DNA from: an uncultured delta proteobacterium
GTDB taxonomy: Bacteria; Desulfobacterota; Binatia; UBA9968
Length of the DNA: 64,000 nt
NCBI GenBank assembly: GCA_963804165.1
Contig: CAWDPO010000024.1
Coordinates: 32,001-96,000 of the forward strand
Direction: 5' to 3'
The notes under the pieces are model-generated. The model worked only from the letters and a program-made list of their open reading frames with translations. It was not told the origin of the DNA and searched no databases. Shown here in pieces: positions 1 through 9,070 of this stretch (within the stretch, counting starts at the first letter, position 1; each line of letters starts with the position of its first letter). A program made the position numbers and the translations under genes.

Positions 1-246
1 GTGCCGTTCGTAATGGTTGAGAAAGACGCGCATGATTTCGTGAAAATGATCAGGGGCTGCCTCAGGCAAAGCCTGCTTGAGCAAATGCTCCACGCCGCGG
101 CCAACATGAACATAAACGGACGTCTCTGGCAACGGCGCTAAATTGAAATGCGCTCGGGTAAAATTCACCGAACCGGCAAGATCATGTCCCGTGTCTGCGA
201 GCGTTCCGTCGAGGTCAAACATCACCAGATCCATCGGTATTTTCAT
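1..246 (-). CDS. HAD-family hydrolase, phosphoglycolate phosphatase-like (5' part; runs off the window)
   Basis: Manual translation from ATG at 246: MKIPMDLVMFDLDGTLADTGHDLAGSVNFTRAHF...HVGRGVEHLL. HAD motif I FDLDGTL. Confidence 0.8.
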   Translation of the reverse strand, partial: MKIPMDLVMFDLDGTLADTGHDLAGSVNFTRAHFNLAPLPETSVYVHVGRGVEHLLKQALPEAAPDHFHEIMRVFLNHYERH

Positions 247-371
247 TGGACTTGATTGAAATTGAAAAAGTCAGGGAAGTCAACGCAAATACACGCGTTT
301 TGCTCTTCGCGTGCGAGATGATGTAGTTTAGCGCCAGCGAAGCTCATGAGGGTCTTCATTGGAGGTTCGAC

Positions 372-1370
372 GTGAAATTCAAACCGGTTGATATTTTTGG
401 CGCTGTTTTCATCGCCGCTCTTTGCTTACAGCCACATTTGTCGATGGCGGTCGATAAACTCAATACAGCATACATTTCGACCACTCCGGGTTCGTCTTCC
501 GTTATCTGGGTGGCCAAAGACGCAAAAATCTTCGATAAGCACGGCATCGACGCCACGGTCATCTTCATCTCCGGCAGCGTGCGCGGTATCCAATCGATAC
601 TCGCCGGTGAGATTCTGATCGGCGAAGGCGGCGGGCCGGGACTGGCCAGCGCCCGCCTCGCCGGCGGCGATATCGTCGCCATTGCCGGCAACGTCAACGT
701 GTTGCCTTACTACCTCGTGGCGCAACCGAGCATCAGACGAGCTGAAGACTTAAAAGGTAAGATCGGCGGCAGCCACATCGCCGGCACGACGGCGGAATTC
801 GCGATGAAAGTCGGTCTGAAAAAAATCGGCATCGACCCGCTCAAGGATGTCAATCTACGCGTCATCGGCGGCGCCATCGAGCGCATGGTAGCTTTGCAGA
901 AAGGCATCGTCAATTTTACGGTCGTCACCGAGGCAGGCAAAGCGATCGCGGAAAAGCTCGGCTATCCCACCGTCGTCGATATGGTAGCGTTGCAGATCCC
1001 ATTTCCTCAGAACGGCATTTATACTTCGACAAAGCTGCTCCGTGACAACCCGGATTTTATCCGCCGCTATTTGCGCGCGTACACGGAAGCCATTCATTAC
1101 TACAAGACCCACAAAGAGGACACGCTTAAAATTATGCGCAAGTACTCGCGTGTCGATGATCGAAAGATCCTCGAAGAAGCGTGGGATTGGCACGCCAAGT
1201 TTATGCCCGAAGCGCCGTATCCACCGGCCGACGGCTATCAGCTCGTTCTACAGGATATAGCGGAAAAAAATCCCAAAGCCGCCCAGGCCAATGTCAAAGA
1301 CTACATCGACACGCGCTTTGTCAAGGAAATGGAAGACTCTGGGTTTATTAAGGGATTGTACCGAAAGTGA
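372..1370 (+). CDS. NitT/TauT (SsuA/THI5-like) ABC transporter substrate-binding protein
   Basis: Signal peptide; motifs IFDKHGID and DLKGKIGGSHIAGT; C-terminal DTRFVKEMEDSGFI; GGAGG RBS upstream. Confidence 0.85.
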   Translation: MKFKPVDIFGAVFIAALCLQPHLSMAVDKLNTAYISTTPGSSSVIWVAKDAKIFDKHGIDATVIFISGSVRGIQSILAGEILIGEGGGPGLASARLAGGDIVAIAGNVNVLPYYLVAQPSIRRAEDLKGKIGGSHIAGTTAEFAMKVGLKKIGIDPLKDVNLRVIGGAIERMVALQKGIVNFTVVTEAGKAIAEKLGYPTVVDMVALQIPFPQNGIYTSTKLLRDNPDFIRRYLRAYTEAIHYYKTHKEDTLKIMRKYSRVDDRKILEEAWDWHAKFMPEAPYPPADGYQLVLQDIAEKNPKAAQANVKDYIDTRFVKEMEDSGFIKGLYRK

Positions 1371-1395
1371 CACGACTGCGATTGGATTTCGTGCA

Positions 1396-1460
1396 AAAGT
1401 TCAAGTTTCAACGTTCAAGGAGTCCGATCCGGTTGAACTTTGAACTTTGAACTTTGAACC
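1396..1460. repeat. Palindromic array of degenerate heptamers (GTTCAAG / TTGAACT) between convergent genes
   Basis: aaagttcaagtttcaacgttcaagg ... ttgaactttgaactttgaactttgaacc; the two arms are reverse complements. Confidence 0.75.
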
Positions 1461-1464
1461 GTGC

Positions 1465-1920
1465 TCAAAGCTTCGCTCGCGAAGCTTTGAGCGCTTCATG
1501 CATCGGCTCGATATCGATGACCAGTGAGGATAATTGCAGCTTTTCATCGCGCAAGGTTTCCGGCACCTCCGTCATCACTTCCTCTTCGAGCACATGATAT
1601 ACGGGGATTTTGAGCGCGACCCCGGCAAGCGGGCCGGCATAGCTCGGATCGCCTGCGGTGACCGTTTCCGCGAACACTTCCACACCATTGGCTTCCCCGT
1701 TGCCCAACACTACCGTCAAATTTTCCGGACCATACTGGTCCGCCAGGCGCTTGATGACCCCTTGGTTCTCAAAGTTCATCGCGCCCGCGGCGGTTCAAAC
1801 AAAGCACTCCGTGGCTTGGAAGACCACCTCGTAGCCCGCGCCTTCCAAGCATTCGGCGATCACCGGACCGGGAACGCCGTCCCGTTCACCGATGGCGATG
1901 ATTTTTTTTCCTTTGAGCAT
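1465..1920 (-). CDS. grdA: Glycine/sarcosine/betaine reductase selenoprotein A, with Sec at TGA 1795-1797
   Basis: ORFs 1795..1920 and 1465..1779 are in the same frame: [26 protein letters not shown]...ATECFV-[TGA][11 protein letters not shown]...[20 protein letters not shown]. Canonical GrdA CxxU and GDP..AGPL motifs; GGAGG RBS. Confidence 0.93.
1740..1793 (-). promoter_or_regulatory. Putative bacterial SECIS stem-loop immediately 3' of the grdA UGA
   Basis: mRNA CCGCCGCGGGCGCGAUGAACUUUG-AGAAC-CAAGGGGUCAUCAAGCGCCUGGCGG pairs by eye into a long bulged hairpin starting 1 nt after the UGA. Confidence 0.7.
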
Positions 1921-1930
1921 TGGACCTCCA

Positions 1931-3364
1931 CTAAACTTTGTTGCGATCGACCAAGAACGAGCAGCCGTCCGAAATTGCGTCATCCGGCCGAGAAACAGAC
2001 TTCCCTTAGCGATCAAAAATGAATTGCGAATCTCGCCTTTCTGCAACGCCTCCACGGCATGTCCCAGGTAAACGATTGCTGAAGGAATATGCCCCTGTGT
2101 CGGCGCATAGCCTAGCATGCCGCGCTGCACGGACAAAATCCTCCATTTGGTTCTTTTGAATCTGCCCGCGCATCACGGCGAGTGCAGCCAAAGTCAAATA
2201 ATTGGTTCGGGGCACATCGCCGCTTCCCGACGGTACGGTGATCTCCGGATTGTGGAGTTCGACGGCGTAGCGGTCGACGTCGGTCAGTGTCATGCCGAGC
2301 TTGGCGAGCGGCTTTTCCGCGAGATATTCGGCCATCGCTTGCGGCGACGATCCGGCGCCGACCGGATGAAAGGCGGCGGAATCGAGCCGCAGGCAAACTT
2401 GCTCCGGTTTTGGCGGGCCCAATATCACGGCGAAACTACCGAGCACGTCTTCGAGCACCGGCATATTTTTTTTCAGATGGGATTCGAATTTCATGCCGAG
2501 CTTGGCGAGCGATCCGCCGGCGACCACGGCGACCCTCTTGGCGAGACCGGACTGAACCATACTAGCGCCGAGCACCATCGCGTACATCGGCCCGGCGCAA
2601 AACGCCTTCGTGTCGCAACCCGACGCGTTGACGCAACCGACGTCTTCGGCAATCGCTTTTGCCAAATTGCCGCCGCCGCGATTGTACCTATCGCCCACGG
2701 CCTCTTCCGAACAACTGATGACAAAATCGATGTCGTCGGGCTGGATCTCGAGCTGCTTAATCACCGTTCGCAGCGAATGCGCGGCACTGACCTTACCGGC
2801 GAGATTTTCCAGCAACACTTCGGCGGCAAGACTGGCATCCTCTTCATGCGCGGCCTCGAACGCGCCGATTACCCGTTCGCCGTCACGCAGCAGCAGCGCG
2901 CCCTTATCGCGGAGCGCTTGAATCTCGCCGAGTGACCGCAATCGAGGCGCACGGCCGATCAAATGCCGCGCTGCATGCTCTCGAAACCAACCCGCTTCAA
3001 AGGAAACCAGATCAAATTGATCCGCGCCGGCGAGTAAGCCGTAAAACTTCGATTGAGCGACCAGATCGCCGAAACGGCCTTCCGACGACGCGCCTTCGAT
3101 CAATCTCTCGTACCAAGGCTTTGGCAGATCTCTGAGCTGTTCCGGCGCGATGTTGCCGATGTAAACCTGATGCGGCGCATAAGCCGTCGCCGCGGCAAAA
3201 TCGCGCTGCTGCTTTACCAGCTGCTCAAGGAGCGCGGGATTAGCGCGAATCTCACGCAACGGCTTGGAACCGTAGCGCACCAAATCCGGCACGTGGGTCA
3301 GCGAATAAGAAACACCTTCGATCCCAACGCGCACGGGTTTGATGCCTTCTTTGAGTTCACTCAC
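1931..3364 (-). CDS. grdC: Glycine/sarcosine/betaine reductase component C subunit beta (FabH/thiolase-like fold); two apparent frameshifts (~2130, ~1975)
   Basis: Motifs [66 protein letters not shown]; continues in the next frames as [14 protein letters not shown]...[10 protein letters not shown] and [13 protein letters not shown]. Confidence 0.88.
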
Positions 3365-3387
3365 GCCTATCGCCTCGTGCCTCCCGC

Positions 3388-3948
3388 CTATTTTTTTCCG
3401 GTAAACGCATGATGCTTCAAAAAGGTCTCGGCGTCGCCGGCGCCGAAGAACACCAGCCGGACTTCTTTGAGCGTTTGATCGAACCGCAAGAATTGTTCGA
3501 TCGTTGTCGACGACACGATCGCCGCTTCGTTGGTCGGATAACCGTAAACACCCGTCGAGATCGCGGGAAACGCTATGAAGTGAACGCCGCTTTGAACCGC
3601 AAGACTGAGCGAGTTGGCATAGCATGCCGCCAGTAAATCGGCTTTGTCCTGCCCGCCCCGGCCGTACACGGGACCGACCGTATGGATCACATGTTTCGCC
3701 GCCATCCTTCCGGCGGTTGTGATGACGGCTCGGCCCGTCGGCAGACCGTCAGGAAATTGCTCGCGGCGAATTTCTTTGCACGCAGCCAAGATCGCCGGCC
3801 CGCCGGCGAGATGAATCGCCCCGTCGACTCCGCCTCCGCCCATCAGCGTGCCGTTGGCCGCATTGACGACGGCATCGACAGCTTCTCTGGTGATATCACC
3901 CACTTTGACGATTACTCGGCCATCGAGAAATGTTCCAAGAGTATTCAT
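3388..3948 (-). CDS. Macrodomain O-acetyl-ADP-ribose deacetylase (YmdB-like)
   Basis: GDITREAVDAVVNAAN..LMGGGGVDGAIH, HVIHTVGP, AFPAISTGVYGYP. Confidence 0.92.
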   Translation of the reverse strand: MNTLGTFLDGRVIVKVGDITREAVDAVVNAANGTLMGGGGVDGAIHLAGGPAILAACKEIRREQFPDGLPTGRAVITTAGRMAAKHVIHTVGPVYGRGGQDKADLLAACYANSLSLAVQSGVHFIAFPAISTGVYGYPTNEAAIVSSTTIEQFLRFDQTLKEVRLVFFGAGDAETFLKHHAFTGKK

Positions 3949-4083
3949 AATTCAGCAAAAATCATGGTCCAACCAATCCGAACGAAACGCGACACCCGTG
4001 GACTCAACGGATCGAAGTTTCCTTCAATCCCCTGAGAATAGGCGAAGTCAAATTGGTTCGGTGAGATTCTCGCGACAAATCGC

Positions 4084-4818
4084 TCAACCCAGCGGCGCAA
4101 GCCGTTCTAACACCGGCTTCAGCTCATGGTAGTCGCGAATGACGGCTCGTGGTCGGGCCGCTGTCAATGTCTCCTCGTCGTTGTACGAGTGCTCGGTCGC
4201 GAGTGCGATCGGAACCACTTCGAGATTGCTATCGCCTACTTTGCAACCATCGGCGTTGTTGCCGGCGCGAATATAGGTGGCCGTCCCCGTAAGCAGAATA
4301 ATCCGCATGTGCTTCGCCTTGTGCTTGCGGTAAAGATAATAAAGGCCCTGTTCCTTGGCGTAGTACGTCTCGTCGCGATCGACGATCTCCTCGAAATAAC
4401 CGCCCATGCCGGCTTTTTCCATCGCCTGGTGTTTGTAGCGCCGGCCGCCGGTAGTCATCAAAACATTTCGCAGGCCGGCTTCCTTCGTCTCCTTGAGCGA
4501 GGTTTCTATGCCCGGAATAAATTCCGGCGGGTCGACGTCGTATCCGCGATTTTGGGCGATCGCGAGCGCTTGCCTGCGGATCTCGACGCGTTTGGCCTCG
4601 TTGAACGGTAGATTGCGATCCTTCTCGTATTCTTTAGCGAAGATCAGCGGGATCAGGAACAAGTCGAAGGGCCCGTCGGCGATTTTTCTCAACTGCTCGA
4701 AAGCAAGCGGCGCGATACCGTAGCGGGGCAAGATCTCGTTGGCGATGATATGGACGCGCTGGATATCGGTCTCCACCGTGTCGGACATCGTGCGCACCAG
4801 AAAGGTTTCGGCTGTCAT
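4084..4818 (-). CDS. Divergent HAD-like protein
   Basis: FIPGIETSLKE..EAGLRNVLMTTG and MGGYFEEIVD resemble the HAD core; motif I DxD is replaced (LVRTMSDT). Confidence 0.55.
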   Translation of the reverse strand: MTAETFLVRTMSDTVETDIQRVHIIANEILPRYGIAPLAFEQLRKIADGPFDLFLIPLIFAKEYEKDRNLPFNEAKRVEIRRQALAIAQNRGYDVDPPEFIPGIETSLKETKEAGLRNVLMTTGGRRYKHQAMEKAGMGGYFEEIVDRDETYYAKEQGLYYLYRKHKAKHMRIILLTGTATYIRAGNNADGCKVGDSNLEVVPIALATEHSYNDEETLTAARPRAVIRDYHELKPVLERLAPLG

Positions 4819-4878
4819 CGTTTTTGCCCTCCGACGAGAGGATACTATTGAACACTGCGACCTGCCGCAAGGGGAATG

Positions 4879-5151
4879 TTATTCGCGGCCGTTTTCAAAG
4901 GGCAGACCATGCTTGCGCTCGGAATTGCACTGCTTGCAGCTCGCCACCAGGTTCCCCTTGGTCGATTTACCGCCGCGGATAATCGGCACCAAATGATCCA
5001 TCGTCAGATCCTTCGGCAGAGATTTGCCGCCGCAGTGATGGCAAATGCCGGTGGCGCGCTTGCGCTTCCACCATTGGCTCGCGCGCAGTTCGCGCGCCTT
5101 CTGGCGCTCGCGGCGGATCTGCTCTTCCGAAACTTCGACCAAGAACGGCAC
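4879..5151 (-). CDS. Small HNH endonuclease
   Basis: CHHCG...LTMDHLVPIIRGGKSTKGNLVASCKQCN; GTG start inferred. Confidence 0.85.
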   Translation of the reverse strand: MPFLVEVSEEQIRRERQKARELRASQWWKRKRATGICHHCGGKSLPKDLTMDHLVPIIRGGKSTKGNLVASCKQCNSERKHGLPFENGRE

Positions 5152-5168
5152 TGAGTCCACGGCAGTGC

Positions 5169-5369
5169 TCACTTCAATTTGTACAGGCGCGGCAAATTCT
5201 TGAGGTAAATGCCGAATCCGAGAGCGACAAAGAGATACAAGACGCAGCGCGCGATAGCCCAAGTATCGTCGCTAGCGGAATAATTCCGATACTCCCACAG
5301 AGCGAAGAAGAAAAAGAAGACCGTCGCGCTGCCGATGAGTATCTTGTGAGCCGTGATCAGTTTCATCAC
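5169..5369 (-). CDS. Small two-TM membrane protein
   Basis: 66 aa with two hydrophobic segments; lies in the same minus-strand run. Confidence 0.6.
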   Translation of the reverse strand: MMKLITAHKILIGSATVFFFFFALWEYRNYSASDDTWAIARCVLYLFVALGFGIYLKNLPRLYKLK

Positions 5370-5490
5370 TCTTATGATCTAATCAAGCATATCAGCCGCG
5401 CCGAGCGCAAGCACAAGCGCGGCCGCTTCGTTGCGCTTGGTAAAAATCTTGATATAGATTTTCCCAACAGATCCCAAGGAGAACCTCACG

Positions 5491-5871
5491 ATGAACAAAG
5501 AAGTCATCAGCACCGCTAACGCCCCGAAGGCCATCGGCCCCTATGAACAAGCGATCAGGGTCGGTGAGTTTATTTATGCCTCCGGCCAGATCCCGCTCGA
5601 TCCAAGGACCGGCAACGTCGTCGAAGGCGGCGTCAGCATTCAAACCCGCCGGGTCATGGAAAATCTTAAAGCCGTCGTCGAAGCCGCCGGATCGTCGCTC
5701 GAACGCGTCGTCAAGGCCACGGTGTTTTTAAAAGACATCGGCGATTTTGCGGCGATGAACGAGGTTTACGGAGAATATCTGGGTAAGTCGAAACCCGCTC
5801 GCTCCACGGTCGCCGTGGCCGATCTACCGCGCGGCGCCTTGATCGAGATCGATCTGATCGCGCTAGTCTAA
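5491..5871 (+). CDS. ridA: RidA/YjgF/UK114 enamine/imine deaminase
   Basis: [37 protein letters not shown]. Confidence 0.92.
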   Translation: MNKEVISTANAPKAIGPYEQAIRVGEFIYASGQIPLDPRTGNVVEGGVSIQTRRVMENLKAVVEAAGSSLERVVKATVFLKDIGDFAAMNEVYGEYLGKSKPARSTVAVADLPRGALIEIDLIALV

Positions 5872-5885
5872 AATTGCCGCGCCGA

Positions 5886-6455
5886 TCAAATCCCGAGAAT
5901 CATTCGTGCCAAGCTCTGCAACACGAGCTTCGCCGCTCCGCCAAGGCTCTTGCCGACGAGATCGTCGCCTCCCTCTTCGCCGCGCGGATAGGCATAAATC
6001 CCCTTCGTGCCGGTAACCACCCAGGATTTCGGATTCGCGTAGACTTCCGGCAGCTTCGCGGCGACGGTTTCCATCGGCATTTTCTCAGCGCGCGTGCCCT
6101 TCTGAAAATCCTTGTAGCGATGGAACTGACCGCGGTTGAGCCAAATACCGTCGCAATGACGGCAGCGCTGTAGTTGAATCTCTTTCGGCAAAATTGGATC
6201 GGCAAAGACTCGCAGCTCGTCGGCACAGCGCGGGCAGTACAGAGTTTTTCGTTGAAGTGGCAATGCATCGCGCAAAAGCTTTTCATTCAACCGATCCAAC
6301 CGATCGGCTTCGTCGGGATCGATTGGAAAGAGCTCCCACTTATCGCACCAAATGCCACCGCATTTAGCGCACTGATCGAGTTGGATCAGCGATCCCGGAT
6401 TGGCCCGCGCCATCACCTCGGCCATCTCAAGATCGCATTGGGAACAACGCAGCAT
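5886..6455 (-). CDS. Tandem zf-TFIIB-like zinc-ribbon protein
   Basis: Two C-x2-C...C-x2-C-GIW-x-D/N-x2-E/Q repeats. Confidence 0.75.
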   Translation of the reverse strand: MLRCSQCDLEMAEVMARANPGSLIQLDQCAKCGGIWCDKWELFPIDPDEADRLDRLNEKLLRDALPLQRKTLYCPRCADELRVFADPILPKEIQLQRCRHCDGIWLNRGQFHRYKDFQKGTRAEKMPMETVAAKLPEVYANPKSWVVTGTKGIYAYPRGEEGGDDLVGKSLGGAAKLVLQSLARMILGI

Positions 6456-6469
6456 GGGTGAATTCTGCT

Positions 6470-7447
6470 CTATTGAACCATTTGGACTTTTGAACCTTGA
6501 ACCACGTGTTGGGTTATCCCGGCCATTCGGAACAGCAACCCAATGCGCCGGTTGATCGGCGGATGGCTCGAGAGCAGGTCCGCCAGTTTTCCCTCGTGAT
6601 CATCGACTCGCCGGCGCAATGGATTGACGAAAAACAGATGCGCCGTGCCGCGCGTTGCTTTGTGAAACGGCATTCCCGCGTCGCGGATTTTTTCCAACGC
6701 CTGCGCCAGGCCGCGCGGATTGCGCGTGTATTGCGCGGCGCCCGCGTCGGCCAGATACTCCCTCTGACGTGACACCGCCATCGCCAAAAGCCGCGCGATC
6801 AGCGGCGATAGAGCGATCAAGATCAATAGCGGGATAAACAACAGCGGATTCTTGCCGCCCAACCGTCGTCCTGACCGTGAGCTATAAAAACCCCGTTGCC
6901 CCCAGTCGGCGAGAATCGCGATACCGCCGAGGAGAATGCTCACGAGCGTCATCAACAAAATATCTTCGTTGCGAATATGCGAGATCTCGTGCGCCACCAC
7001 GCCTTGAGTTTCCTCGCGGTCCATCAACGTCAGCAGCCCCGTGGTCACGCAAATGGCCGCGTTTTTTTCATTGGTCCCGGTGGCAAAGGCGTTGGGCGCC
7101 GGATCAAAAATGACAAAGACCCGCGGCATCGGCAAACCGGAGGCTAAGGCCATTTCCGTCACGACATTGTGCAATTCGCGGTGCTCGGGAAGTTGGAGAT
7201 TGAGTTTCTCCGCGCCGAGAGATGAAAGAATGATATCGCTGCCGCCGTAGTACGCCGTGAGCGTCGTGAATGTGGCGAAACCGAGGGCGAAAATCGTCGC
7301 CACCGGAAACGCCGGCCCGACGGACGTGAAAGTATCCAGATAAATATAGTCAACAGCGCCGCCGATAAATAGAAAAAGCAGGATAAAAACGCCCACCAGT
7401 GCGGCGCTGCAGCGCTGGTTATGCGCTTGCCGTTCGACGAAGTCCAA
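6470..7447 (-). CDS. htpX: M48 zinc metalloprotease (HtpX-like)
   Basis: PNAFATG, GVVAHEISH, SRQREYLADA, SSHPP. Confidence 0.9.
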   Translation of the reverse strand: MDFVERQAHNQRCSAALVGVFILLFLFIGGAVDYIYLDTFTSVGPAFPVATIFALGFATFTTLTAYYGGSDIILSSLGAEKLNLQLPEHRELHNVVTEMALASGLPMPRVFVIFDPAPNAFATGTNEKNAAICVTTGLLTLMDREETQGVVAHEISHIRNEDILLMTLVSILLGGIAILADWGQRGFYSSRSGRRLGGKNPLLFIPLLILIALSPLIARLLAMAVSRQREYLADAGAAQYTRNPRGLAQALEKIRDAGMPFHKATRGTAHLFFVNPLRRRVDDHEGKLADLLSSHPPINRRIGLLFRMAGITQHVVQGSKVQMVQ

Positions 7448-7480
7448 GACTGGCGGGGTGTCCAGCGGCAGGCCCCTGGG

Positions 7481-8038
7481 CTAGCGTGTAAGCGACAGGT
7501 TCACGCGCGCCAGCGCCTTCTCCGCCTCGGCGACTTCGAAGAACTCGCTCGGATGGAAACCGAACAGACCGGCGATCATGTTCGACGGAAACACTTGCTG
7601 CTTGGTATTATACTGGGTCACCAGGTCATTGTAGTATTGGCGCGCGAACGCGATCTGGTTCTCCGTCGTCGTCAGCTCTTCTTGCAGGTCCAAAACGTTT
7701 TTGCTGGCCTTCAGCTCAGGGTAGTTTTCCATCAGCACAAAAACCTTGCCCAACGATTGCGTCAGAGCGTTTTGCGCTTCAGCGGTTTCTTTGACCCCCT
7801 TCGACGCCATCGCCTGGCTGCGCGCGTCGATCACTTTCTGCAACGTATCCTGCTCGTACTGCATGTAGCCCTTGACGGTCTCGACGACGTTGGGGATCAG
7901 ATCGTAGCGCCGCTTGAGCTGTACGTCGATTTGTCTCCAGGCGTTCTGAATCCGTAGCCGCAACGCGGTGAGACCGTTGTACGTGGAGATGACCCAGATC
8001 CCAAGTACAAAGATGATGGCCCAGATCACGAATATCAT
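7481..8038 (-). CDS. lemA: LemA family protein
   Basis: N-terminal TM; NAWRQIDVQLKRRYDLIPN, ENYPELKAS, TENQIAFARQYYN. Confidence 0.92.
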   Translation of the reverse strand: MIFVIWAIIFVLGIWVISTYNGLTALRLRIQNAWRQIDVQLKRRYDLIPNVVETVKGYMQYEQDTLQKVIDARSQAMASKGVKETAEAQNALTQSLGKVFVLMENYPELKASKNVLDLQEELTTTENQIAFARQYYNDLVTQYNTKQQVFPSNMIAGLFGFHPSEFFEVAEAEKALARVNLSLTR

Positions 8039-9063
8039 AAGGCGCGCGCTCCTCCCCGCTCGTCGCGAAACAACATCGACTGGGTTATGTCGGCGATGCG
8101 CGCCGCGCCGGTCATGGTCATGACCCGCTGCATTTCCTCGGTGAGAATTGCGAACACGCGCTCGACGCCGCGCGCGCCGAAGGCGCCTAGGCCCCATGCC
8201 ACCGGCCGGCCGACAAGAACGGCCTTGGCGCCAAGCGCGAGCGCTTTGACGATATCGCCGCCGCTGCGAATACCGCTATCGAGCAGCACGGGAACCTTGC
8301 CGCCGACGCCATCGACAACTTCGGGCAGGGCTTCCAGCGCCGCGCGATTGTAGTCGAGAATCCGCCCGCCGTGGTTGGAAACGACCAGAGCGTCGGCGCC
8401 GGCATTCACCGCCGCGCGCGCGTCGTCACTGCCCATGATGCCCTTGACCACCACGGGCAGCGATACCTGCTGTTTCATCCATTCGATATCCTTCGTCGTC
8501 GATTTGTGGCCTTTGCGCGGCTTGCCGTCTTTGGTCGAAAGCGGCACTTCGTCGCCGATTTTGACCGGGCGAACCGTGTCCATGGTGATTCCCACCGCTG
8601 CGTAGCCGAGATCCTCCGACAACTTGGCGTAGTCGGATATCTCATCTCTGCCACGGTTCATGTAAGCCATGAACACCAGCGGCGACTTATCCGCGTCGCG
8701 CCAGTCTTTCGGATTGAACTTGGCTGCTTGACTGACAAACATCATCGCGCCGGCCTGATCGGTGCCTTCGGCGACTTGCCGTTCGGCATCTTTGCCGAAA
8801 AGAATGAAGCTTCCCACCGGTGCCGTGATCGCTGGAATCGGCAGCTTGTGGCCGAACAGCTCGATCGATATATCGGGCTCGGAAACATCGTGAAAAATCT
8901 TCTGGCGAAATAGATACTGGTGGAATGCGCGCGAATTGCGGTGAAACGTCGCTTTGGTCTCCGCCGCGCCGTTGAAATGTTCCCACGCCTCCGGCGGCGA
9001 TTGTTGCCGCATGAGGGCACGCAAGTCGCGCAGGCCCATTTGTTCAAGCGGTTTTTCGATCAT
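8035..9063 (-). CDS. FMN-dependent alpha-hydroxy acid oxidase/dehydrogenase family
   Basis: VVKGIM, VVSNHGGR, DSGIRSGGDIVKALALGA, VGRP. Confidence 0.9.
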   Translation of the reverse strand: MIEKPLEQMGLRDLRALMRQQSPPEAWEHFNGAAETKATFHRNSRAFHQYLFRQKIFHDVSEPDISIELFGHKLPIPAITAPVGSFILFGKDAERQVAEGTDQAGAMMFVSQAAKFNPKDWRDADKSPLVFMAYMNRGRDEISDYAKLSEDLGYAAVGITMDTVRPVKIGDEVPLSTKDGKPRKGHKSTTKDIEWMKQQVSLPVVVKGIMGSDDARAAVNAGADALVVSNHGGRILDYNRAALEALPEVVDGVGGKVPVLLDSGIRSGGDIVKALALGAKAVLVGRPVAWGLGAFGARGVERVFAILTEEMQRVMTMTGAARIADITQSMLFRDERGGARAL

Positions 9064-9070
9064 GAAAACC

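Noticed and set aside
1396-1460. Possible CRISPR or mini-array
   Set aside because: The units are 7 nt with no unique spacers, and no cas genes occur in the window.
1465-2136. Two separate small ORFs (1465..1779 and 1795..2136) or a nonsense-mutated pseudogene
   Set aside because: The TGA falls exactly at the GrdA Sec position and is followed by a hairpin. The 5' part of ORF 1795..2136 is the frameshifted tail of grdC.
4879-5151. HNH nuclease as a defence or mobile-element marker
   Set aside because: It is a small stand-alone HNH among housekeeping-like genes, with no methylase, integrase or terminase nearby.
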